From contig CAVUTH010000004.1 in the NCBI GenBank assembly GCA_963744375.1, positions 483-64,482 on the forward strand: a DNA stretch of 64,000 nucleotides. The letters are read 5' to 3'. The notes beneath the pieces were generated by a model, which ran no database searches, was not told where the DNA came from, and was given only the letters and a program-made list of their open reading frames with translations. Position 1 is the first letter of the stretch; each line of letters begins with the position of its first letter. Position numbers and translations under genes: made by a program. This document shows positions 1 to 11,600 of the stretch, piece after piece. Origin of the DNA: an uncultured Chloroflexia bacterium (GTDB lineage: Bacteria > Chloroflexota > Anaerolineae > Anaerolineales > UBA4823).

Positions 1-510
1 TTCCAGCGTCCATATCTGCTTATTATCGCAGCTGCCGGCTTCGATACATCATGACCGATGCCAGAGTGACGCGAAACAATATTCGTTGTGAATTGAAAAA
101 GCTGGGTGTTGTCGATGCATATCGGTTAAATTGACTGGGAGGGAAACCCCTCAGGCTTTTGCGAGCTCACGGTGATCAAACTAATTTTACTGATGGCTGT
201 GTGCAGTCGATTAGGGGAATAACAGCGGCGTTTGGGTTAACGTTTCGTTTGGGCTTAAAGAATTGCCTGCCGATGTAACGGGAACGGAGCAGGGATTATT
301 GATCGTGATTCCACTTACTATAACGATTCTTTTAGGGATTGGTCTGGAAGCAATACTCCGGTTTCTAAAGAAACGATCAGGACAATTTATTACAGATCCT
401 AAGTGGAGAAATTTGCCAGATTATGACCTATGAACACGGGCCTGTTGTGAGCATCAAAGCAACATGCAATGCACATCAACAATAAATCCAGAGTCTCCGA
501 CAAACGAATT

Positions 511-3500
511 TTATCCAGGATTTTGTAACACAACCGGCAGATAGAGTTTGTACATTTGCAGCACGGTGAGATGCACAGTCACAATACCCGATGCCAGGCT
601 GCCGTCGCTGGCATGGTAGGTGAAGCTGTCGGTTCCGTAGTAGTTGAGCGCGGGAGTGTAGACAAATGAACCATCCGGGTTAAGGGTTAACACGCCATGC
701 GCCGGGCCGTTGTCCAGGATGGCAGTTAGCATGGCGCTGTCAATGTCTGTGTCGTTGGCCAGCACCCCCGGCGAAGCAATATTAAGTGCAATATCCTGCC
801 AGGCGGTGTAGGCATCGCCCAAAGCCTGCGGCGGGTCGTTCACAGGGGCAATGTTGATGGTCAGGGTATTCGGGGTTGGGTCGAGTTTGCCCCGCTGTTG
901 CCGTCCCACCGTCATCTTCCACCTGGAAGGTGACGGTGGTATAGGGTATACCGTTGGCGTTGGCTGTAGGGCTGAAGACCAGCTTGCTGGCAATAATGTC
1001 GGAAACCGCCACGAACTGGCCGGTCATTATGACTGCCCCATTCAGTTTCAGTGTGCCGAGTGCAGGCAGGGTGGTGACCTTGACGCGGTTGAAGCTGTTA
1101 GCCGGGCTGTCGTTCGGGTCGCTGAACCCGAAGTCGGCCGTTATAAACGTGTAGCTCGTATCTTCCAGCGTAGTCACGATCTTACTGGCACCCGCCGGAG
1201 GGTCATTCACAGATGTCACGTGCACAATAAACTGTTTACTGACCGAGTTAACATTCGGCGGCATATTGCTGCCATTGTCTGTGACTGTCACCGTGATGGT
1301 CACATCCCCGTTAGCATTCGCTACGGGTGTGAACTTCAGCGTGCCGGTGGCATCGGGGCTGGTATAAGTCACTGCCGGGTTCGGGACTCTTCCTGGAGAA
1401 GATGAAATTGCCGTTACTGCCAGGGTCTGGGACAGCTCTGGATCGCCATCACCGATCCCGGTGAGGTTCACCGTCTGTTGGGCGGCATCCTCATTGATCG
1501 TCAAATCTGCCGGCTTATCCAGCACCGACGAGTCATTCACGGCTGTTATGGTGACATTGACCAGGATCGAATCCAGGCCGCCATGACCATCCGATACCCG
1601 CACCTCGAAGCTATCAGTGCCGTTATAGTTCGCTGCCGGGGTGTAGCCAATTGCCTTGGAGGCGCCCGTGCCGTTGGCACTGGCTGCGCCGTATACAGCA
1701 GGGGTCGATATGCTCCAGGTCGAGCGCGTCACCATCTACGTCCACAGCGTGCAGGGTCAGGCTGAAAATCGTTGCCGCCCCATCTTCATCCATCGTCACC
1801 GGGGTTGAAGCGCCTTCACTGATCACTGGCGGGTCATTGACCGGGTTGATGGTAAGACTGACCGTAACGATGTTCGAGCTCAGCCCGCCATCGCTGGCAA
1901 CGTAAGTGAAGCTGTCGGGGCCATTGTAGTTGAGGGTGGAGTATATGTAAAAGAGCCTTGCGGGTTAAGCGCCAGCAGCCCATGGGGCGGCCCGCTGTTC
2001 TGGACGGCGGTAATCGGGTCGCCATCCTGGTCGCTGTCGTTTGCCAGCAGGCCGGGTGCGGCCACTACCAGGGGTGTGTCCTCGTTCGTAGAATAGCCTT
2101 CACCGGCGGCAAGAGGCGCCTGGTTTAGACCACGCTCATAAGCGCCCAGATCCACGATGGGCGGCGTGCCGCTGCCGGTATTCGGGACATCCGGGGGGTC
2201 GATAAAGCGCGGCCCGCTCACCAGGTCATAAGGCAGCGGCTCGGTGTTATTTCCATCACCGTCCAAATCCACGGAGTCTGGGGGAACTGCAGCATTGTTG
2301 CCGGTATCAATCGCCGGCGAGGTGCGCGTCAGGCGCAGGTCGCCGCTGGTTGCATTCACGAAGCGTGGATCAACATCCAGGAGATGGTCACAGACGCTCC
2401 CTGCCGGGCAACCGCCCTGGACCAGACTGTAAGAGATCACGGGATGGCTGCTGCCAGCATTTAGAATTTGCTCCGAGGTATTACCCCACAGGATGCTGTT
2501 GCTGATTGTATGATTGATCAAGTCAAGATTGTACATCCCGCCGCCAGAATGGGAGGCGCTGTTGTGGCTGAAGGTAACGTTGGTCAGTGTCGGGCTGCTG
2601 ATAATATTCCATAAACCGCCCCCAAAACCGCAATATCCACACGAGCCGTCGGCAACGTTGTCCCTGAAAGTCACGTTCGTCAGCGTCGGGCTGCTGTCCC
2701 AGGCGGACATCCCGCCGCCATGACCGGCTGAGTTGCTGTCGAACCGGATATTTGTTAAAACAGCACTGCTGTGATTTTCAAACACCCCGCCGCCGGTGGT
2801 TAATCCACTGTTGCCATAGAATGTGACATTTGTCAGGGTTGGGCTGCCGAAAACATTAAACATTCCACCGCCGTATTCTCCAGTGTTTCCACTAAAGTTA
2901 ACATCCATCAGCTTAGGATCACTATTATAGTTGTGCATTCCGCCGCCGTCATACCCCCGGTTATTTGAGAAGGTGACATTCATCAGAATGGGGGCGCTAT
3001 CGTTGCCCGATATGTTGTACATTCCACCGCCCAAGCCAGCCTGGTTAGCCGAAAATGTGACATGCACCAGGGTGGGGCTGCCGTTTGAAATGTATATCCC
3101 CCCGCCTTTATTATGCGGGTCAATCGAGTTGGCGTCGTACGCCACCCCAGCAGTGATGCTAAAACCATCCAGCACGGCGCTGCTTTCCACGCTGCTGCCG
3201 GTGACGACGTGATAGCTGTTGGCGCCAATTATATTAACTGTATTGGTTACCACACCGGTGGGATCAGTGATATCGTTGCCGTCAATATCCCCGCTCAACA
3301 CGGTGACATTAGCTGCCCAATCCCGTTGGTTGAGGGCGATTTCTGCGCCAGCAAAGCCACCATAGAGCGCCACGCCCGATTTGAGTTGAAAGGTGGCGTT
3401 GCGGTCGTTATCTGCCTGGCTGCCGCCCACATCCGGGTAATACACACCCTCTGCCACCCAAATCTCGCAGGCTTCGCTCACCTGCAGCGCATCTTGCAGG

Positions 3501-5158
3501 CTGGTTAATGCATTTGTCCAGGATGCCCCGGTCTGCAAACCGGTTGCATCCTGGTCTACATACATCACCCCACCTGCGGGGCAGGGGAAGGTCTGGTTTT
3601 CGTATGCCCCCAGGTCAACCAACAAGCGCACAAAGCGGGGATTACTGCCCAGATCGGTGTGGATAGTGCTGATCGTTGCAGTCCCCAGGCCAGAGCCGTC
3701 AAGGTCGGCGGCGTTGTCACCCATGTTGATCGCCGGGGAGGCGTCCTGCAGGCGATAGTCGCCGGCCGTGGTCGGAGCGCTGCTGGGGGGCTCGGGGGCG
3801 ACGAAGAGTGGGTCGGCGTCGGGCAGGTTATGCCCGCCGTCTATCCCACAGGTGCTGGTCCAAGCGCCACCAGGGTTGCAGCCTTCCACCAAGCTGTAGC
3901 GGATGACTGGGAAGTTGGGCTCATAGCCTTCGTAGTTGAATATTGCCGGGCCCGGCGTTCCACTGGAATTGTTCCAGGCAATCACGTTTTGCAGCAACGG
4001 ACTGCTGTGATCACCGTTATAGATTGCGCTGCCTACAGTCCCCACCCGGTTACCGGCAAAGGTAACATTGGTCAGCACAGGATTGCTGTGATTCCAATTA
4101 TGCATTCCCCCGCCCCATTCAACAGCATAGTTGCCCATGAAGATAACGTCAATTAGCATGGGACTGCTGAAATAATACTGGAACATTCCCCCGCCCTGGC
4201 TGGCCAGGTTACTGGAAAAAACCACATCGATGAGGGTGGGGCTGCCGAGCTCGTTGAAACCATTCATCAGCCCACCGCCATAATGGGCAGTATTTTCCTT
4301 GAAAATGACATGAATTATGAGTGGATCGCTGGCATAATTCTTCATCCCGCCGCCATCATTAACAGCGATGTTATTCCTGAATGTGGCATTCGTCACCTGC
4401 ATTTCCTGGCAGGCGTTACTATACAATCCCCCGCCATCAAAGCCTGACTTATTGCCAGTATAAGTAACATTGGTCAGCGTCAGGCCATAGCAATTGAAGT
4501 TAGCCATTCCGCCACCTTCATGACTCGCCAGATTGCCAGAAAAAGTAATATTTGCCAATGCCGGTCCGCCAGAAAATGTAAGCATCCCGCCCCCATCCCC
4601 ATCTCCAAATGTGCCATCCGCCAATCCTGCTGTGATAGTGAAGCCGTCCAGAACAGTGGTAACATCCACGCCGCTGCCGGTCACGACATGGATGCTGTTG
4701 CTGCCCAGGGTGTCGGAATATACTTCTGAAATAAAGTTGCCATCGGTATTGAGATCGTTTCCGTCAATATCGCCGCTCAGCACGGTGGCGTTAGTCGCCC
4801 AATTCCGCTGTTCACGGTCGGTTTCCGCGCCGGCAAAGCCGCCGTAGAGCGCCACACCGGTCTTGAGCTGGAAGGTGGCGTTGCGGTCTGTGCCGGTCGT
4901 GGGCTTGTATACACCTTGCTTTGCCCACAATTCCTCTCCGGAGACCGCCAGGCTCAGCGCAGTTTGCAATTCGCAGGCGTTTGGCCAAGAATCGCACGCT
5001 CCGCTGGTCAACCCGCCTGGCGCGGCGTAGCGCACTGCGGGTGTATCGGATCCGGTCTGGGCCGGTAGTGCGGTCCCTGCAACTCCCAGGGGAACCACAA
5101 ATAAGCCCATTACAACCAAGATGCAATAGAAAATCGCCCTGACAGACGGCTTATTCAT
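511..5158 (-). CDS. Giant secreted surface (adhesin-like) protein, ~1,549 codons: signal peptide + two tandem Pmp-like right-handed beta-helix modules + C-terminal tandem-95/cadherin-like repeats; needs ~3 frame changes as assembled
   Basis: Track ORFs 1880..5158, 1623..1826 (5' part), 782..1735 and 511..993 join into one protein if frame changes at ~1935, ~1722 and ~890 are allowed. The N-terminus [28 protein letters not shown] looks like a signal peptide. There are dozens of GGG[ML]/FxxN-type beta-helix rungs. Each helix module ends ...SPAI[ND]xG...DLDG...DLGAYE. The distal part has ~95-aa repeats ending VNDPP/VNDSS with GSF-YTP..NY-G-DSF-Y. Confidence 0.8.
2130..5045 (-). repeat. Intragenic tandem duplication of a ~1.45-kb beta-helix module (units ~3600..5045 and ~2130..3585)
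   Basis: Two protein blocks are near-identical: [42 protein letters not shown]...[22 protein letters not shown] and [42 protein letters not shown]...[22 protein letters not shown]. Both units end in the same DP[LR]FV...SPAI..G...DLGAYE motif. Confidence 0.7.
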
Positions 5159-5458
5159 TTTTAACTCCTATGGGCAAAAGGGGAGGTGAGGGCGCTGCTT
5201 CCAGGCCGGGAGCGTTCGCCAGCTTCTCAGCTGTTGCTCACATTATCATTATACAGGCATTTGGTGGAAGGATCGTACCTTGTTGGCTGACCCTGATTGC
5301 AGACAGGTTTGATTAAAATGCTACTCTTGTCGAAGCTTTTTCGTGTGACGAGCCATATCTGTCAACATAATCAATGGCCTACGGGGCAGTGCGAGGTAAA
5401 ATAGGATGGCATTAATAGCACAGCAGCCGTCGTTTTAGGATTGGTAGGAGGTATCGGT

Positions 5459-6950
5459 ATGGTGCGTAAAAAAATCTCTTATCCAGATCATGCCTGGTTG
5501 CGGATGAACGACCCGAACAACTTGATGGTGATTACCGGCCTGATGACATTCGACGCACCGCTGGATACCGAGCGTTTCATACCCGTCATTGAGCAGACCC
5601 TCTTGCAATTCAGGCGCTTTCACCAGCGCTTGGCGCCGCCGAAGCCGCCATTCATACGACCTTATTGGGAAGACGATCCTGCTTTTAGCCTCGAAATCAC
5701 ATATTAAGCACGTCCAACTGCCTTCACCCGGTGACCAAAAGGCGCTTCAGGATCTGATTAGCGAATTAATGAGTACTGAGTTGGATTACTCTCGTCCGCT
5801 TTGGCAAATCTACATAGTTGAAAACTACGGAGAGGGAAGTGCGCTCGTTGCTCGCCTGCATCATAGCATCGCGGATGGGATTGCCTTATTCCAGGTGTTG
5901 CTTTCTATGACAGAATCATCCCCCAATCCCTCGCCTTCCAGCAAATCACAGGGTTTAACTCAAAACGCTGAGCAATCGCCCGGTGGGCCAACGAAAACCC
6001 ATAAATCTACTTTCCTGACCTCTGACGACTGGAGCGCCAGGAAGCTGTGGGAAGAAGGGGAAAAGATCTTCTCTGACCCTTCGCATGCCCGCCATCGCAC
6101 ACGTCAGGTGATCGATTTGGCCGTCACGGTAGGTGGATTGGTACTGCGCAGGCCTGATCCAGTGACGGTCTTTAAGGGTTCTTTGGGGATGGAGAAGCGC
6201 GCTGCCTGGTCTGAACCAATTGCGCTGCAAGATGTGAAAATGATCGGGAAAACATTCAACAGTACCGTGAACGATGTACTGCTCACTGCCGTAGCTGGGG
6301 CTCTCGGCCGATATATCGATTTTCGCGGGGAGACCCCTGAAAATGTGAACATCCGCAGCTTTGTGCCTGTAAACCTGCGGCCGATTAAATTGGATGAGGA
6401 GCTAGGCAATAAATTCGGTATGGTTTTCCTCTCGCTGCCAATGGGTATCGTGGATCCTCTAGAGCGGCTTCGTCGAGTCAAGCGAAATATGAATGAAATC
6501 AAAGCATCTTCTGAAGCCGTGGCTACGTTTGGTATTATCAATTTGCTGGGAGCTGTCCCCCCATGGATTGAAGAAATAGCTGTCGGTTTTTTTGACACCA
6601 AGGCTACTACCATCATAACAAATGTCCCTGGACCTCAAACCCAGATTTACCTGGCCGGAGCGCCAATTAATACTGCCATGGCGTGGGTACCGCAATCCGG
6701 AAATATTGCTTTGGGTGTCAGTATGGTCAGTTACAATGGAAAAGTCTGGTTGGGCATAGCTACCGACAAACGCCTGGTGCCGGATCCGGAAACGATCAGC
6801 GAGTTCTTTCACAATGAATTTATTGAAATGCTGTCTCGGGCGCAGACAATTCAGGCGGAGCGGCAAAAGCACATACAGCCCATGTTCGCTATGCTGGACG
6901 ATGCCATCCAAACCCTGGATGAGCTATTGGCTGAGGCCAGTGAGGAATGA
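5459..6950 (+). CDS. Wax ester synthase/diacylglycerol acyltransferase (WS/DGAT) family protein; one frame change as assembled
   Basis: AGGAGG lies 7 nt upstream of ATG 5459. The protein has HHSIADG (HHxxxDG acyltransferase motif) and a C-terminal ITNVPGP motif. ORFs 5441..5707 and 5589..6950 join (DPAFSLE|SHIKHVQLP) if one A of the run at ~5694-5696 is removed. Confidence 0.85.
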
Positions 6951-7057
6951 GTAATCCAGGAGAAGCTGCGCGTATTCTATAAACCAATTTTAAAAGCGCT
7001 CCGGGGAGAAAATTACCCCGGAGCGCCAGACAAACTCATTTTCTCAGGATTGGGAAG

Positions 7058-8394
7058 CTAATACTCCACAACCCGTGGCAGGTCTTTTGCCTGGGCGACC
7101 CAGCTCTCCACTTCACCCTGGTGTGGGGCACGTCCCGCCAGTTTCTTCTCGGCGTTGACCTCGCTCAGCTTGTTGAACAGGTTCACCGGGTTGCGCTGTG
7201 CCAGCTCGGGCACGGTATCGACGCCGGCAGCTTCCAGGAGCTCTCCGAACTGCTTGCCAACTCCCTTGACCCGTAACAAGTCAGCCTGGTTGACCCATTT
7301 CAGGATCAGGCCGGCCGCAATTCCGGTGGCTTCGACCAGCTCGGCACGGCCTTTGCGGGTAGCGCCGCGCTTCAGCAGGTCCATCACGATTTCGATGCCG
7401 GCAGCGCTCAGCTTCTCGCCATAGGCGGGGCCGATGCCTTCCACGAAATTAACCTTCTGCTGCATAGCGGCCAGGCCGGCTCCGTCGAGGGATGCTTCCA
7501 GCTGGTCCAGGTCTGCGCTACGGCTACGTCGGCTGCACGCTCTTCGACGGGTGCAGCCATTTCAGCCACAGGCGCCTCAGGCTCCTCAGCGGGGGTTTCT
7601 TCTTCCATGCGGCGACCGCTGCAACTGCGGCTACAGCCGGTGCGACCTCGACCGCCTCGGCTGCTGCTTCCACCACGGGCGGCTTCGGCTTCAGGCTCGA
7701 CTTCCGCTTCGGCCGCGGCAACCGCGCCGGCAGCCACCACTGCCGCTGCTGCAGGGGCAGCCTCAACGATCGGGGCGGCAGCTGCGACGGGCATGCTTGC
7801 GTCCACCACTGGAGCTGCACGCGCGGCGCCCGGTACCTCGGCCGCACCACCCATTCCAAGCAGCTTTAAGTGCCGGTAGCGCCGCCATTGCCAGGCAATG
7901 CCGACCAGAGCAAATACAATGAAGATAACGAACCACAGGAATGACCGAATGGTCCCTTCGCCAAACCAGATGCGCAAGCCGGTGGCGACGAAAGCCGCAC
8001 CGGTGATGGCTGTCAGGATGATCACAACCTCATCGCGGATTTTCCATACCAGGTATCCCCCTACAACCGCCAGGCCGAGGATGATGATCCATCCCAGCCA
8101 ATTCCACAGGTCGAGACCCGCGGCGATCGCTGCGCCAAAAGATGCACCCAGGATCACGCCGGAGATGGTTACCATCAGGCTCCATGCGGTGTAAGCCAGC
8201 AGGACAAACAAGAGCGCCAGGCCGAAGCCAATGGCGAGCGCTAACACCCAGCTATCGGGGAACAGAACAATGGCGATCAGGTAACCGGCGAAACCGCCCA
8301 TAATGGGCAGGATAATCCGGAAGATCCGGTATCCCCAGAACACTCCTGCCAGACCACCGGCCAGGAGTATCAGACCGACCAAAATTGGACTCAT
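7058..8394 (-). CDS. Membrane protein with N-terminal multi-TM domain, Ala/Glu/Pro/Val-rich linker and C-terminal DUF4332 (helix-hairpin-helix-like) domain; ~3 frame changes as assembled
   Basis: ORF 7408..8394 starts with ~7 hydrophobic helices. ORF 7058..7465 (VEGIGPAYGEKL...VKGVGKQFGELLEAAGVDTV) matches my memory of DUF4332. The frames connect through low-complexity AEAP sequence, with switches at ~7680, ~7608 and ~7518. The frame upstream of MQQKV reads ADLDQLEASLDGAGLAA with no stop or RBS in between. Confidence 0.6.
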
Positions 8395-8608
8395 AGTGCC
8401 TCCTTTTACTAAAAATTATGAAGATTTATACGACAAATGCCCGCTAAGATTAATGGTTTATTAATTGTACACCTGTACAGCGCTGATTGTCAAGCAACAC
8501 AGACATCTCCGGGCAAAATTGCCTGTGTACCAGTAAACAAGCAGTATTTAATTTAGGAGGTCGATCTCCAGGGCTTGCCACAGACGGTGCATTTACTTAC
8601 CAGCCAGC

Positions 8609-8640
8609 TAAAAAAACGCCCGGATCAATTCCGGGCGTTT
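8609..8640 (-). terminator. Rho-independent terminator downstream of the 8646..11984 gene
   Basis: A perfect 10-bp stem aacgcccgga (8615-8624) / tccgggcgtt (8630-8639) has a 5-nt loop. On the minus strand it is followed by a T6 run (plus-strand aaaaaa 8611-8616). Confidence 0.75.
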
Positions 8641-8645
8641 GTCAT

Positions 8646-11600
8646 CTAAACCTTATGGGCTAGCGCCGAAATCAGCGGCAAAAACAGATAGCGAAGACCT
8701 TCGTATGCGCCGATATCATATTTGCTGCCCTTAGGTCTGGAAAAATTATTCAGATCCACTGGCAAACCGCTGTTGCAGGCATCGATGGCAGGGGAGGAAG
8801 GGCCAAGCTGGTAGTTTTCCCCGAAGCCGGGCGCTATAAACAGCGGATTCGTAGCCGGCCCTGCCGTCCCACCTTGATCAATGTTGCATACTGCAGCGGT
8901 TAGCGCACCGAATGCAGCGGAACTGTTGCCCCAGATGATGGTGTTGTACAGATAACTTAGCACCGCACCGGGAGAATAGCCGGCTCCACCGACGTTGTTA
9001 GCCAGGGTGGAATCGCTGATCTTCATGCTGCCAGCATCTACGCGAATACCGGCGCCGAATCCTGTCAGACTGGTGTTGCTGTATACCAACGTGGTAGAGA
9101 TCACTCCCGTCGCTCCGGCCCCTCCCTGGTAGATCGCACCGCCGCGCTGAGCCTGGTTGCGGTGCAGGAAGGTTTTATTAATATTTAAGCTGCTGCCGCT
9201 TGAGAAGATTGCGCCGCCATAACCGTTCGAAACCGTCGGGGTAGCGGTGTTCGAGTAGAAACTACTGCATTGGCGGGTAAGTGGATCGCAAGCCGTTGCC
9301 TGCGGCGCCTCGGTCTCGCTTGCGGCGGCCCTTACTGCAGGCTCAGACCAGGCATTGGCGGGAGTCGGGTACTGCGCTTCGATGGTTACGGTGGAGGTAT
9401 AAGCGGCAATAGCGCCGCCATTGCCCGCCTGGGCCTGGTTATTGCGGAAGAGGCAATTACTGGCAGTAAAAGTGCTGCCGCTCAAGTATATGGCACCACC
9501 GCTCCCTTGAGTGGCCGTATTGCCAATATTACTGGAGCCAAACTCCGACCCATCGCACTCAACCCTCGGGCTGTTGGATGCATAAATGGCCCCGCCATTA
9601 TCCGCGGTGTTCGTCTGGATTCGGATAGGTGTATTGAAGTAGTCGTCCAACCACAGGCGAGAACCGCCTCCCAGGAAAAAGACACCTCCATTACCAGCCG
9701 CGCTGTTCGAGGAAGCCTGCACATCCCCATATACGTCGAAAAAGGCGCCGCTGTTCGAATAAGCCCCGCCGCCATTTCCTCCAGCGGAGTTGGTGTTGAA
9801 AAAGATCGGATAACCGCTGGTGGCATGCAGGGTAACTGCGTCGGTGTTGGCGATATGTAAACCGCCGCCATGACCATTGGCATGGTTGACCGCCAGTAAG
9901 CTGGCGCCAGGACCATTGGTCGCCCGGAAATCAACGTCACCGCTGCCTGATACCGCGACTGCCCCGCCATTGCCGCCTGCCGAGTTGAAGCGCACATCCC
10001 AGAAGCCTTCAAAATCAAGTGTGCCGCTGTCGAGATAGAAGGCCCCGCCATGACTGCTGGCGGTGTTGTTCTTGACGAAGGAATCTTTGACCAGGATCTT
10101 GGCAGTGTTTGTGGCAGCCACCGCACCGCCAACCCCTCCGAAGGCCTTATTGTTAACCAGAGAAGAACCGCTCAGCAAATTCAAGGTGCTCGTCCCGAAC
10201 ATGCGCAACCCACCGCCCAGGTTTTTAGTCGTATTGCTGATTACCTGGGTGTTGATCAAAGTGGCAGTTCCGTCGTACAGATACATCCCCGCGCCGCGGC
10301 CATCAAAGGCAGATGGCAGGTTATGCTGCTGGATGCTGCTGTTGGTCATTGTGATAATGCTCCCGGCGCGTACATACATCCCGCCTGCATAACCGGTATT
10401 GGGATTGGACAGCGTATTGCTGATGACCGTGGTTTGATCCATCGTCGCACGGGTATTGTTGAATAAATACAAACCTGCGCCATTTAAACCCGTTGCGCCG
10501 ATCTGGTTGTGCTGATTTGCGCCTGTGCCGCCAATGGTGGTATTGGTCATCGCAATGATGCTGTTATCGCTGTACACACCTCCACCTGAATTTGTGGCGA
10601 TGTTATTGATGATTTGCCCGGAAAAATTGACCGTACTGTTAATGACATACATTCCTGCGCCCAGCGTCGCATCATTCCCTACGCCGGCAGACGAATCATA
10701 TCCCACCCTGCTGCCGGTAACATTAAGCGTGGCGCCGTCGGCCAAATAAATGCCGCCGCCGTTACCAGTAGCGGTGTTATTCATGACCACATTGTTTGCG
10801 CCGACTAAAGATATCTGCCCACCGCTGGCATAGATGCCGCCTCCCGACACCGCGCTCTGGCAGCATGGCGCTGTTTCGCCAACAAAGACTGAATTGGACA
10901 GCGTCACCGACGAATTGACGGCATGAATACCCCCGCCCATGTCGGTGGCAGTATTTGCTACCACATCGCTGTTATTCAGTTGTACTGTTCCACCGTTCGC
11001 GGCGATGCCGCCGCCACTTATGGCGCTGTTCGAATAGATATCAGAGCTACTATCAAATCCCCGCAATGTACCATACACAATCGCACCGCCACCATTGGAA
11101 GAAGAGATGTTGTTGTAGATATCTGAGTCGTTCGTATAAGTCAGGACGCTGGAGCCGCTGATGTACAAACCTGCACCGCTCGAGCCATTATTGCCGAAGA
11201 CATCGGTGTTGTTTAGTGTGACTAGAGAGCTCCCGAGAACATCCATGCCGGCGCCAAAACTTGTACCGCCTGTTAGCTTGAGGTTGCGAAGCGTTAATAC
11301 AGAACCACTGCTTATGTCCACCACGCTGCCCCCAACATTGTTGGCATTCACCTGGGTCAGTGAACCGGCATTCAGGGTTGTGCAGCCATTGCCGTAGCCG
11401 CCTTCGATGACGATCGTTTTTCCGCTGATATCGAGAGTTTCTGTGTAAGAACCGGTAGAGACGCGGATCGTACTGCCGTTTGTCGCAGCAGTCACGGCAG
11501 CCTGGATCGTGTCATAGGTGCATGGTCCGCTGTTTATGCTTACCCGCGGTGCGTTTGGCGCCTCAGGCGGCAGCCCGCTGCCGGCAGCCAGCTCCTGCTG

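Noticed and set aside
299-433. A 44-codon ORF (TTG/GTG start) encoding one hydrophobic helix (VIPLTITILLGIGLEAILRFL), in the 510-nt low-GC non-coding stretch at the window start.
   Set aside because: It is too short, has a non-ATG start and shows no similarity I can recognise. Its context is truncated by the window edge, so I do not report it as a gene.
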